DNA from: an uncultured virus (IMG/VR IMGVR_UViG_3300009068_000031)
Taxonomy: Duplodnaviria > Heunggongvirae > Uroviricota > Caudoviricetes
Length of the DNA: 64,000 bases
Strand: one strand, 5' to 3'
IMG/VR virus record: IMGVR_UViG_3300009068_000031
Location: 1 to 64,000 of that record
A model generated the notes under the pieces. That model had not been told where the DNA came from. It did no database searches and saw only the letters and a list, made by a program, of their open reading frames with translations. Shown here piece after piece: positions 31,841 through 41,119 of this stretch (within the stretch, counting starts at the first letter, position 1; each line of letters opens with the position of its first letter). Both the position numbers and the translations under genes were made by a program.

Positions 31841-33277
31841 ATGCCATATCAAATAGACAGATACGCAGGAACCACACTAGCCACAGTGGAAGACGGCACA
31901 GTAGACCAGACCACAAATTTAAAATTAGTGGGTAAAAACTATGCTGGCTACGGAGAAATTCAAAACGAAAACTTTGTGCATTTGCTGGAAAACTTTGCCA
32001 GTGCCAATGCTCCTTCTAGACCTTTAAGCGGGCAGATATGGTTCGATTCAGCTGCCAACAAATTAAAATTTTATGACGGTGTAAAATTCAGAACCACTGG
32101 AGGTGCAGAGATAGGCACCACTCAACCTGCTGGTTTGACCACAGGTGATTTTTGGTGGGACACTGGCAATGATCAATTGTACGCCTACAACGGCACAGGA
32201 TTTGTATTGGTTGGACCACAAGGTGTGGGCAACACAGTAACTCAATTACGCAGCAAAATAGTCAAAGACAGTTTCAACGTGAATCAGACCATCATTGAAG
32301 CAGTGGTGGATGATGAAGTAATTTTTATTGTGAGCAATGAAGAATTTACCATAGGCACAGTGGATCCATTAAATTTAATCACAGGATTTGATAGAGTAAA
32401 AAAAGGTATCACCATGGTGAACACACTGAATGCCACTGGTGGTGTGACATCATCCGATCATAGATTCTGGGGCACGGCTGCCAACTCATTAAAGCTAGGT
32501 GGAATTCCTGCTGCCAACTTTTTACAAGTGGGTGGTAATACCAATTTTGATGACACTGGATTCACAGTGGGCGCAGGCAATGATTTAAGAGTGAGCATAA
32601 TCAACGGCAATGAAGGAAGAATAATCAATGAAGTGGGTTCTGTTATTAAAATGGGAGCCAGCAATACTCACACAGTGAGCGTGACGGCTACAGGTTTTGA
32701 ACCTAGAATAGACAGTACCTATGACATAGGAACCAATGCCAACAGATTTGCCAACATTTATGCGGATAACATTTATGGCATAGCAGAAACTTCCAACAAT
32801 GTAAGATCAGGTGTGACCAATTATCCAGGCAGCACAACTGCAATGACCAATTCAGTAGCACTGAGAGATGCCAGCGGCAATTTAGCAGCAAACATTTTCA
32901 ATGGTGTGGCCACATCAGCAAGATATGCGGATTTGGCAGAAAAATATTTGGCAGATGCTGAATATCCCGTAGGCACAGTGATGGCTATCGGCGGCGCAAA
33001 AGAAATCACAGCAGCCACCATAAATTCCATTGTGGCAGGTGTGGTCAGCGGTGCTCCAGCATTTTTAATGAACGCAGAATTACAGAGCGGCACAGCAGTG
33101 GCTATCAAAGGCAGAGTGCCTGTTTTGGTCAAAGGTGCAGTGGTCAAAGGCGACAAAATTGGTACCAGCAGCACAGCAGGTATTGGTGCTGTGGTCACAG
33201 AAGGTGATTATTTTGCTGTGGCTTTGGAAGCAGACGCAAGAACAACCAACACTTTGGTTGAGTGTTTCATAAAATAA
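31841..33277 (+). CDS. Tail fibre protein (paralogue 3) with C-terminal intramolecular chaperone/peptidase G2-like domain
   Basis: Same N-terminal module. C-terminus ARYADLAEKY...GTVMAIGG...GVVS..PAFLMN...KGRVPVLVKG..KGD. Confidence 0.7.
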   Translation: MPYQIDRYAGTTLATVEDGTVDQTTNLKLVGKNYAGYGEIQNENFVHLLENFASANAPSRPLSGQIWFDSAANKLKFYDGVKFRTTGGAEIGTTQPAGLTTGDFWWDTGNDQLYAYNGTGFVLVGPQGVGNTVTQLRSKIVKDSFNVNQTIIEAVVDDEVIFIVSNEEFTIGTVDPLNLITGFDRVKKGITMVNTLNATGGVTSSDHRFWGTAANSLKLGGIPAANFLQVGGNTNFDDTGFTVGAGNDLRVSIINGNEGRIINEVGSVIKMGASNTHTVSVTATGFEPRIDSTYDIGTNANRFANIYADNIYGIAETSNNVRSGVTNYPGSTTAMTNSVALRDASGNLAANIFNGVATSARYADLAEKYLADAEYPVGTVMAIGGAKEITAATINSIVAGVVSGAPAFLMNAELQSGTAVAIKGRVPVLVKGAVVKGDKIGTSSTAGIGAVVTEGDYFAVALEADARTTNTLVECFIK

Positions 33278-33321
33278 TATCCATTATGCAATCTAAAATA
33301 ATCCTGGGACAACATTACCCA

Positions 33322-33329
33322 ACTAAATA
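33322..33329 (+). promoter_or_regulatory. Late promoter (ACTAAATA)
   Basis: TAAATA at 33324-33329, 8 nt before the ATG at 33338; no SD. Confidence 0.55.
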
Positions 33330-33337
33330 CTTTTAAT

Positions 33338-34237
33338 ATGGCAATAGGCGATCCAATTACAGCAGCAAGATACAATGTGATTCAATCCACAGTGTCCAAT
33401 GTACTGAGCACAGGATCAGGTGATTCAGGCTATGGGCAAACATTGCAGAGTTCGCAAGTGGCACAAAATCAATTGATTGAAGATGATCACATGAACACTT
33501 TGAGATTGGACATTCGCAAAGCCTATCTGCATCAGAACAATTCATATCCCACACTCACAACAGTGAGCACTGCAGACACAGTGACTGATAACACACTAAA
33601 CAATTCATATGCAACTTTTGAAACATTGGCCACCAACATCAACACCAATAGAAACACCATCAGCGCCAGCAGATTGACCACAGGCAACACAGCTTCCAGT
33701 TATGTGCGAACCGCCTCTTGGAATGCCACTCGCGTGGGCAATTTCACAGTGACATTTGCCACTGCCACTGCTGCCAGACATTTTTTCAACACAGGTGGAG
33801 CTGTGCAGATTGACATGAACATTTCTGTCAGCGTCACATCCAAAGTGAACGATTGGAATTCCTTATTTGGCACTAACATGGGCACACTGACTTTTGCCAA
33901 TGTTGCTTCCAGCAGATCAGGATCAGGCGGCACACTGTCTTCATCTGTGGCCTACACCACACTGACCACCACATTCCAAACTGTGTATACCACCAGTGCT
34001 GCAGGCACATACAGTTCCAACAATTTTAATATTCAAGTGCGATTCACTGACGTTTCCAATCTAGCAATAGAATTCCAGATCACCCTAAATGATGCTGCTG
34101 CAGGCAACATAGACGAAGATGTAGATGGCAATCTCAACATCAATGTGAACAGACGCATAGCCAACGGAGCATTGAGCGATCCTATCACCATCGCAGAACC
34201 TACTTTTGGTGCCATGAGCGGCACTGTGACTGCCTAA
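33338..34237 (+). CDS. Thr/Ser/Asn-rich putative virion protein
   Basis: 299 aa, very rich in T/S/N/A, beta-like, has its own late promoter, and is the last gene of the tail module. Confidence 0.5.
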   Translation: MAIGDPITAARYNVIQSTVSNVLSTGSGDSGYGQTLQSSQVAQNQLIEDDHMNTLRLDIRKAYLHQNNSYPTLTTVSTADTVTDNTLNNSYATFETLATNINTNRNTISASRLTTGNTASSYVRTASWNATRVGNFTVTFATATAARHFFNTGGAVQIDMNISVSVTSKVNDWNSLFGTNMGTLTFANVASSRSGSGGTLSSSVAYTTLTTTFQTVYTTSAAGTYSSNNFNIQVRFTDVSNLAIEFQITLNDAAAGNIDEDVDGNLNINVNRRIANGALSDPITIAEPTFGAMSGTVTA

Positions 34238-34270
34238 ACCATTTCACCAATCACCAAAATCTAATCAATC

Positions 34271-34315
34271 TAAATATCAACAGCAGTTGACTTTTGGCTG
34301 AAAATCTTATATAAT
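34271..34315 (+). promoter_or_regulatory. Tandem late (TAAATA, 34271-34276) and sigma70-type (TTGACT 34287-34292, 17 nt, TATAAT 34310-34315) promoters
   Basis: Read directly; AGGAG SD precedes the ORF at 34339. Confidence 0.7.
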
Positions 34316-34338
34316 TTTAACTAGGAGAATCATAAATT

Positions 34339-34671
34339 ATGCTAAACATGGAAGATAGAATCAGCACAGCCAATCAAATGGAAAATTTTAATAATCAGCT
34401 GCAGTTATTAAAAGACAAATTTGTTGACAGCAATATTTTGTTTTATCAAGGACATCAGTTCACAATCCAAGGTGATTTGTTGAGTTTGTGCAAGTCATAC
34501 ATAGACCTACACAGAACCAAAGATGTGGTGTTGTTGGATGATTATCAAACACCAGTGTTGATAAGTGATCTAACAGAATTCAATGACAATGCTTGGCACA
34601 CATATCAAACCAATCTCAATCAATATCACACAGAATATCAAACACTGATAAAAAACAAAGGAAACATTTAA
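34339..34671 (+). CDS. Hypothetical protein (weak resemblance to DUF4376-type tail accessory proteins)
   Basis: ORF with SD and promoter; first gene of the glycosyltransferase/radical SAM operon. Confidence 0.5.
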   Translation: MLNMEDRISTANQMENFNNQLQLLKDKFVDSNILFYQGHQFTIQGDLLSLCKSYIDLHRTKDVVLLDDYQTPVLISDLTEFNDNAWHTYQTNLNQYHTEYQTLIKNKGNI

Positions 34672-34674
34672 GCC

Positions 34675-35526
34675 ATGAAATCTCAAGGCATTGTGATGTT
34701 TGCTCACAATAATGAAACAGTTGATTATGTGAAGCAGGCTATTTTTGCTGCTGTGCAGATCAAAAAACATCTGCGTCTGCCAGTGACCCTGATCACTTCC
34801 AATCAAGCACATCTAAATAACAAATATAAAAAGCAATCCACGGTGTTTGATCAAGTGATAGATATCAGTGAGCATCAAACTCTTCAGACTCGAGATTTTT
34901 ACAATGGCATGGAACACAAGATCAAAGATGTATGGAAAAATCATTTAAGATCCACTGCTTATGAACTCACTCCATATGACGAAACTATTGTGATGGACAC
35001 TGATTACATAGTGGGCAATGATAATTTACTCCGATGTTTTCACAGCAAAGAAGATTTTTTAATACATCAAAAGTCCATTTACATCAATTATTTTAATCAA
35101 CCTGAATGGAAAATCAAATACATCAGTGAAACCGGCATGGAGATGTATTGGGCCACAGTGTTTTATTTTAAAAAAACTCCCAGAGTCAAACAGTTGTTTG
35201 ATCTGATTGCACATATTAAAAATCATTGGGACTTTTACAGATTCACATGGCAGATACATGAACCAAATTTTAGAAATGATTTTGCTTTCAGCATGGCCAT
35301 ACACATGTTGAATGGATATTGCAAAGGTGCATGGCCACAACGCTTGCCAGATTCGTTGTATTATATCACTGACAGAGACAAAGCAGACAATTTTGATCAG
35401 AACTGCTGGACTGTTTCATTGTACAACACACAAGGATACACAAAAACTTTGGCCAAACATATTAATCTGCACGTGATGAACAAATTCAGTTTGGACCACA
35501 TTATTGATGAGGAGTTTTCCAAATGA
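34675..35526 (+). CDS. GT-A fold glycosyltransferase (GT8/nucleotide-diphospho-sugar transferase-like)
   Basis: RSTAYELTPYDETIVMDTDY with a DxD motif; FRNDFAFSMA. Confidence 0.7.
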   Translation: MKSQGIVMFAHNNETVDYVKQAIFAAVQIKKHLRLPVTLITSNQAHLNNKYKKQSTVFDQVIDISEHQTLQTRDFYNGMEHKIKDVWKNHLRSTAYELTPYDETIVMDTDYIVGNDNLLRCFHSKEDFLIHQKSIYINYFNQPEWKIKYISETGMEMYWATVFYFKKTPRVKQLFDLIAHIKNHWDFYRFTWQIHEPNFRNDFAFSMAIHMLNGYCKGAWPQRLPDSLYYITDRDKADNFDQNCWTVSLYNTQGYTKTLAKHINLHVMNKFSLDHIIDEEFSK

Positions 35527-36371
35527 TAGATCAAGGGTTCTGTGTGTTTGCACAGCAAAATGAACAAGTGGACTATGTGAGACAGGCACAGGCATTGGCC
35601 ATGAGTATCAAAACGCACATGCCTCACAGCAAAGTGTGTTTGATCACAAATGTTAACGTCACAAAAACTGTGTCCTCAGTGTTTGATCATGTGGTGGATA
35701 TTCCTGGCATGGATGAAGCAGTGGACCAAGATTGGAAAATACAGAACAGATATAAAATTTACACAGCCACTCCCTTCAAACATTCAATAATATTGGATGC
35801 AGATATGTTGGTGTTGAGTGATATCAGTCATTGGTGGAAGTTTTTAAAAAATTATAAAATGTATTTCACCAGTGCAGTTAAAAATTATAGAGATGAATTC
35901 AGTCACAGTGATCACTATCGCAAAACTTTCACAAGCAATAGTCTGCCCAACCTTTATTGTGGTGTGCATTACTATCAAAGATGCAAAGAAAATGATCAGT
36001 TTGTAGAACTTTTGCGAGATATAGTAAGAAATTACGCAGTATTCTATAACAGATTCACTCCCAAACACACTCAAAAATGGTGCAGTATGGATGTGAGTGT
36101 GGCACTGGCCAGTAAATTATTAGGCATCACTGAAAAAATTACCAGCCGAACACCTTACGTCACGTTCACTCATATGAAACCTCATCTACAAGACTGGAAA
36201 ACAGTGCCGGATCACTGGATGAAAAAAGTAAATGTGTATCATGACATGGAAGGTCATATAAAAATTGATAATTTTCGTCAACGAGGAGTGTTGCATTATG
36301 TGGAAAATGAATTCTTAACTGATGAACTGTTTGCAATCATTAAAAAAAAATATTATGAATCAACCCAATAA
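35523..36371 (+). CDS. GT-A fold glycosyltransferase, paralogue of the preceding gene
   Basis: NRYKIYTATPFKHSIILDADM with a DxD motif; FTHMK; ATGA coupling to the upstream gene. Confidence 0.7.
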   Translation: MIDQGFCVFAQQNEQVDYVRQAQALAMSIKTHMPHSKVCLITNVNVTKTVSSVFDHVVDIPGMDEAVDQDWKIQNRYKIYTATPFKHSIILDADMLVLSDISHWWKFLKNYKMYFTSAVKNYRDEFSHSDHYRKTFTSNSLPNLYCGVHYYQRCKENDQFVELLRDIVRNYAVFYNRFTPKHTQKWCSMDVSVALASKLLGITEKITSRTPYVTFTHMKPHLQDWKTVPDHWMKKVNVYHDMEGHIKIDNFRQRGVLHYVENEFLTDELFAIIKKKYYESTQ

Positions 36372-36933
36372 CCATATGTACGTAACATTTGACCCAGAAT
36401 CAGGAAAAATCTTAGGTTGTTCAGGCAGCCAAAACAACAACAGTCTGGCCATAGACACTGCTTTGGGTGAAAAATTTATTATAGGTATGGAGTCTATACA
36501 CAAGTACAAAGTGATATATCTCAATGGTCAATATCAAATTCAAAAAGATGGAGTATTAAACTCAGTGGAAAATGTGATTCATTCTAAAAAAACTGAAATA
36601 ATCAATCACAACGTTTATAAAATTCCCAATAAAATTAAAAATCACAGTGGCATACAAATAAAATTACATTTGAATCAAAACAAAGTTGAATTCACAGCAG
36701 ACAAAACATTTAAAAAAACTTTAGAAACCATAGTTTCCAAAGAAAATCATCGTAACCACAAGTTTTATTGTTGCAAATCCAACGATGCCACACAACTGAT
36801 TAAAATATTAGATTTGAATCTTTATGAACTGCTCACTCAAGACAGTGTGCAGATAGATGTGAATGCCGAGACAAACATGGACATTTACTGTAGAAAAACT
36901 TTTGATTATTCTATTGAAAGGATTTATGCATAA
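36355..36933 (+). CDS. Hypothetical protein
   Basis: ORF fills the operon between the two glycosyltransferase pairs. Start set at ATG 36355. Confidence 0.55.
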   Translation: MNQPNNHMYVTFDPESGKILGCSGSQNNNSLAIDTALGEKFIIGMESIHKYKVIYLNGQYQIQKDGVLNSVENVIHSKKTEIINHNVYKIPNKIKNHSGIQIKLHLNQNKVEFTADKTFKKTLETIVSKENHRNHKFYCCKSNDATQLIKILDLNLYELLTQDSVQIDVNAETNMDIYCRKTFDYSIERIYA

Positions 36934-37834
36934 GATTGCTATCAAAGATTGCGATGTGGTATTTTTGAGCTTTGATGAGCCCAATGCTGATAAAAATTAT
37001 GCAGATTTAAAAAGAAAAATACCTTGGGCCAAAAGAGTTCACGGCGTGGAAGGATCAGATGCTGCACACAAAGCCTGTGCTGCTGTGTCTGACACAGAAT
37101 ATTTTTTAACTGTGGACGGAGACACACAACTAGATCCTAAATTTCTCAATATTCAACTGGATCTAAACAGCATGGGCATGGATCACACATATATTTTCAG
37201 CTGGTGTGGACATACCAACGTGAATGGATTAAAGTATGGCAATGGCAGTTTAAAATTATGGACCAAAACTTTTGTGAATGAGATGAAAACACATGAAAAT
37301 TTTTCTGGTAAGGATAATAATGAGATAGAATTTTGTTATTTTGATAAACTGTTTCAATTCAATGAAAACTATTCCACCAGTTACATCAACAGCACACCCA
37401 AACAAGCATGGAGAGCTGGATTTAGAGAAGGTGTTAAGATGAGTTTGTATAAAAATTTTAAAATACAGTCGTTGGATCAACTATGGTGGCAGAATTATCA
37501 CAGATTATTAATCTGGATGACTGTGGGTCAGGATGTGGAACATGGCATTTGGGCCATTGCAGGAGCCAGAGAAGGTTGTTATCGAACACTTTGCACCCAA
37601 TGGGATTTCAAACAAGTGAGAGATTTTAAAGTTTTAGAACAATTATGGATCAGCACCAGCAACAATAACAGTATGAATGCACAAGATGCCAAACAAAAAT
37701 GTATCTCTTTGGGTAAAACTATTAAAGAACGATTCCAAATGGAGTTTCCTACGGAACCATACGATGCAGAAAGCAGTGAATTTTTCAAAAAGGTGTATAT
37801 CAATTCACCCAGAACCATAAGAAAGACTGTATGA
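36926..37834 (+). CDS. GT-A (GT2-like) glycosyltransferase-like protein
   Basis: VFLSFDEPNAD...RVHGVEG..AAHKA...YFLTVDGD (DxD), NGLKYGNG and AWRAGFREGVK. SD AAAGGA before ATG 36926. Confidence 0.6.
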   Translation: MHKIAIKDCDVVFLSFDEPNADKNYADLKRKIPWAKRVHGVEGSDAAHKACAAVSDTEYFLTVDGDTQLDPKFLNIQLDLNSMGMDHTYIFSWCGHTNVNGLKYGNGSLKLWTKTFVNEMKTHENFSGKDNNEIEFCYFDKLFQFNENYSTSYINSTPKQAWRAGFREGVKMSLYKNFKIQSLDQLWWQNYHRLLIWMTVGQDVEHGIWAIAGAREGCYRTLCTQWDFKQVRDFKVLEQLWISTSNNNSMNAQDAKQKCISLGKTIKERFQMEFPTEPYDAESSEFFKKVYINSPRTIRKTV

Positions 37835-38538
37835 TGCACGATATATTTTTTATCAGTTACAATGAACCCAATGCAGATCAAAATTATGCTCTGTTGAAAC
37901 AAAGATTTCCATTGGCGCAAAGAGTTCACGGAGTAAAAGGCATTCAACAGGCACATATCAAAGCTGCCACACAGAGTTTGACTAAAATGTTTTGGGTGGT
38001 GGATGGTGATGCAGTGATTGAACACAACTTTATGTTTGATTATGAAGTGCCTGATAAAGATATGGATGCTGTGCATGTGTGGAGAAGTCGAAATCCTATC
38101 AATGAACTGGAATATGGTTATGGCGGAGTGAAATTATTGCCCAAAAGACTCACTATGAACATGGATCCCAACAGAATAGACATGACCACTAGTATATCTA
38201 ATAGATTTAGAGCCATGCATGAAGTATCCAACACCACTGTGTTCAATACAGATCCATTCAACACATGGAAAAGTGCTTTTAGAGAGTGTGTCAAGCTCAG
38301 CAGCAAAGTAATCGATCGTCAAGAAGACAAGGAAACTGAAAAAAGATTATTGATTTGGTGCACAGTGGGAGATGATAAACCATACGGAGAGTATGCCGTT
38401 GCTGGAGCACTGGCAGGCAGAGTGTATGGCTCAGACAACCGAGATAATTCAGACACTTTGAGATTGATCAACAACTTTGAATGGTTGCGATTGGTGTTTG
38501 TGGGACAATTTCCACACATGGAGAAAGAAATATTATGA
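37831..38538 (+). CDS. GT-A (GT2-like) glycosyltransferase-like protein, paralogue of the preceding gene
   Basis: FFISYNEPNAD...RVHGVKG..QAH...FWVVDGD, YGYGGVKL and WKSAFRECVK. Confidence 0.6.
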   Translation: MMHDIFFISYNEPNADQNYALLKQRFPLAQRVHGVKGIQQAHIKAATQSLTKMFWVVDGDAVIEHNFMFDYEVPDKDMDAVHVWRSRNPINELEYGYGGVKLLPKRLTMNMDPNRIDMTTSISNRFRAMHEVSNTTVFNTDPFNTWKSAFRECVKLSSKVIDRQEDKETEKRLLIWCTVGDDKPYGEYAVAGALAGRVYGSDNRDNSDTLRLINNFEWLRLVFVGQFPHMEKEIL

Positions 38539-39536
38539 TAGATTCCAACATTCCATTTGATAAAATTATAAACTTTGGTCAACGTACCATGCTGGACAGC
38601 AAATTATTTTCTGTGAGTTGGATCTTGGCTCGTTTTTGCAACTATGATTGTTCTTACTGCTGGCCTTATGCCAAAAGCAAACAGAAAGATCACAGACCAC
38701 TGTCAGTTTACACACAAGTGGTGGATGAAATCAAACGTCAGGCTAGACTGAATGGATTCACTGACTATCATTTCAGTTTTTCAGGTGGAGAACCCACTGC
38801 CTACAAAGATTTTTTACAATTGATACAGCATTACAGTGCTGATACTGCTCCAGAATATCAGAGTATTCACATGACCACCAACCTAAGTCCTTCGGAAAAA
38901 TGGTGGGAAAGATGGTTGGAAGCCACAAAAACATTGAACCGCAGAAGTATCACTGCCAGCTTTCATGCTGAATTCGCTGATGAACAAAAATTTGGAGATA
39001 AAATATTGCTGTTGATGAAGCACAATGTGTTTGTCACAATCAATCAAGTGATGGTGCCCGAAAGATTCACAGAATACTATGATAGATGTGCAAGACTCCA
39101 CTCCAGAGGTATCAATGTCACACTGAAACCACAGAGTGATCCCACAGCAAGTTTTATTATTGAAGGTTATACTCGAGATCAACTGAATACTTTACAAACA
39201 GGCTTCCCTCAACGCATTCAAGAAGGTGAAAATTACAAAGACTTGTTTCAAATTGAGATGCAAGATGTTCAAGGCAATAAGTATTATATGGATCAAGCAG
39301 AACGATTCAATGCTTTTGGGTTCAATAAATTCAAAGGATGGCACTGTAATGCTGGATATCAAAGTTGTATCATTAGAGAACCAAACGGAGAAGTCAAAAG
39401 AAGTTACAGTTGTCATGATGAACCACTGGGCAATATAGAACAAGGATTTAAATTGTTTGATAAACCAAGAGTTTGTGTGACTCCCACTTGTGTGAGTTCA
39501 GCAGATTCAAAAATACCCAAGGCCAAACATGTATAG
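38535..39536 (+). CDS. Radical SAM enzyme with C-terminal Twitch/SPASM-like cysteines (group A)
   Basis: CNYDCSYC, SGGEPT and FKGWHCNAG...CVTPTCVSSAD. Start set at ATG 38535. Confidence 0.85.
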   Translation: MIDSNIPFDKIINFGQRTMLDSKLFSVSWILARFCNYDCSYCWPYAKSKQKDHRPLSVYTQVVDEIKRQARLNGFTDYHFSFSGGEPTAYKDFLQLIQHYSADTAPEYQSIHMTTNLSPSEKWWERWLEATKTLNRRSITASFHAEFADEQKFGDKILLLMKHNVFVTINQVMVPERFTEYYDRCARLHSRGINVTLKPQSDPTASFIIEGYTRDQLNTLQTGFPQRIQEGENYKDLFQIEMQDVQGNKYYMDQAERFNAFGFNKFKGWHCNAGYQSCIIREPNGEVKRSYSCHDEPLGNIEQGFKLFDKPRVCVTPTCVSSADSKIPKAKHV

Positions 39537-40518
39537 ATATCAAGATATAAGAGATATTCATTTGGAAATCACCAGCAAGTGTCAAGCCAAGTGCCCCATG
39601 TGTCCTAGAAGAATCAGTGGAGGACCAATAAATCCATTTATTAAATTGGACGAAATAACTTTGGGCGTATTCAAACAATGGTTTGAACCAGATTTCATAA
39701 AACAATTGGAAAGTTTATTCATGTGTGGTAATTTGGGAGATCCCATCATATCCAAAGACACATTGGAAATATATCAATACTTGCGTGAACTAAATCCCAA
39801 CATTAGATTGGCCATGCACACCAACGGCAGTGCTAGAGATACCGAATGGTGGAAAAGATTGGCTCAATTGAAAGTAAAAGTGACATTTGGTATTGATGGT
39901 TTGGCAGATACCCATCATCTTTATAGAATCAGTACAGATTTCAATAAAATAATTGAAAATGCTCAAGCATTTATCTCAACAGGTGGAGTGGCCAAATGGC
40001 ACATGTTGGTGTTTGCTCACAATGAACATCAAATTGAACAGTGTAGAACAATGTCCAAAGACATGGGCTTTGTGGATTTCTCAATCAAACACACTTCTAG
40101 ATTCAAACAGGATTATTTACAAGTGATTGATGACATGGGTAGACCCACACACAGAATCAAACCCACTCAAACCAGTTTGGATATGATTCCGTTGTCTGAA
40201 GCCGCACAAAAACAAGTCAAACCACACATTGCTTGTAAAGCACAAAAATACAAACAGTTGTATGTGAGTGCTTGTGGTAATGTGTCGCCTTGTTGTTGGT
40301 TGGATATGGAATGGATACCACCCATGCAAGAATCTAGAGTGGATTATATGGAAAAAATTTCTAAATTTCCCAACTTACATCGCGAAACATTGAAAGAAAT
40401 ATTTGATAATGGATTTTTTTCAAAAATAGAAACACAATGGAGCACAGTGGGATTGAAAGAATGCACCAAGCAGTGTGGTTCATTTGATAAACTAGGAGCA
40501 CAATTTGTTGAAAATTAA
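39529..40518 (+). CDS. Radical SAM enzyme with C-terminal SPASM/Twitch domain
   Basis: CQAKCPMC, GNLGDP, HTNGS, FGIDG and C...GNVSPCC...CTKQC. Confidence 0.85.
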   Translation: MYRYQDIRDIHLEITSKCQAKCPMCPRRISGGPINPFIKLDEITLGVFKQWFEPDFIKQLESLFMCGNLGDPIISKDTLEIYQYLRELNPNIRLAMHTNGSARDTEWWKRLAQLKVKVTFGIDGLADTHHLYRISTDFNKIIENAQAFISTGGVAKWHMLVFAHNEHQIEQCRTMSKDMGFVDFSIKHTSRFKQDYLQVIDDMGRPTHRIKPTQTSLDMIPLSEAAQKQVKPHIACKAQKYKQLYVSACGNVSPCCWLDMEWIPPMQESRVDYMEKISKFPNLHRETLKEIFDNGFFSKIETQWSTVGLKECTKQCGSFDKLGAQFVEN

Positions 40519-41119
40519 TATACAAGACGTTTTATTTTGGATGGATGCTATCAGACAATCTGATGACAGATATCGCACATTGGAAAGTTTCTGGAAAGGT
40601 CAAATCAACAGCAAAGTATGGTTGATTGAACAATTAAAAAAATTACCCAGAGCACACAGCATGGATATTTTGATTTGTGGTGGGTGGTATGGAGTGATGG
40701 CCACACTTTTGTTCAACAGTGATCTGTATGTGAACCAAATAACCAGCATGGATATAGACAGCAAGTGTGAAAACACAGCCAACACCATGAACAAACAGTA
40801 TGAAATGTCTGGCAAATTCCATGCTATTACTCAAGACATGCTCACTTATAAAGATTACAGTCGTTATGACATGATTATTAACACAGTGTGTGAACATTTA
40901 ACGCCAGAACAATACAATGAATGGTTGAAATTAATACCTGAGGACAAAATTATTGTGTGCCAAAGCAATGATTTTGTGATTCCTGAACATGTGAACCCTG
41001 TGAAAGATTTGAATCAGTTTGTGAGCAATAGTAAACTGTATCCTATTGTGGAGCCCAGCGAATTACAAACAGAAAAATACAAAAGATTTATGATTGTAGG
41101 AAAGAAAAATGAAAAATAA
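40505..41119 (+). CDS. Class I SAM-dependent methyltransferase
   Basis: ILICGGWYG motif I, SMDID and YDMIINTVCEH; TTG start. Confidence 0.7.
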   Translation: MLKINIQDVLFWMDAIRQSDDRYRTLESFWKGQINSKVWLIEQLKKLPRAHSMDILICGGWYGVMATLLFNSDLYVNQITSMDIDSKCENTANTMNKQYEMSGKFHAITQDMLTYKDYSRYDMIINTVCEHLTPEQYNEWLKLIPEDKIIVCQSNDFVIPEHVNPVKDLNQFVSNSKLYPIVEPSELQTEKYKRFMIVGKKNEK

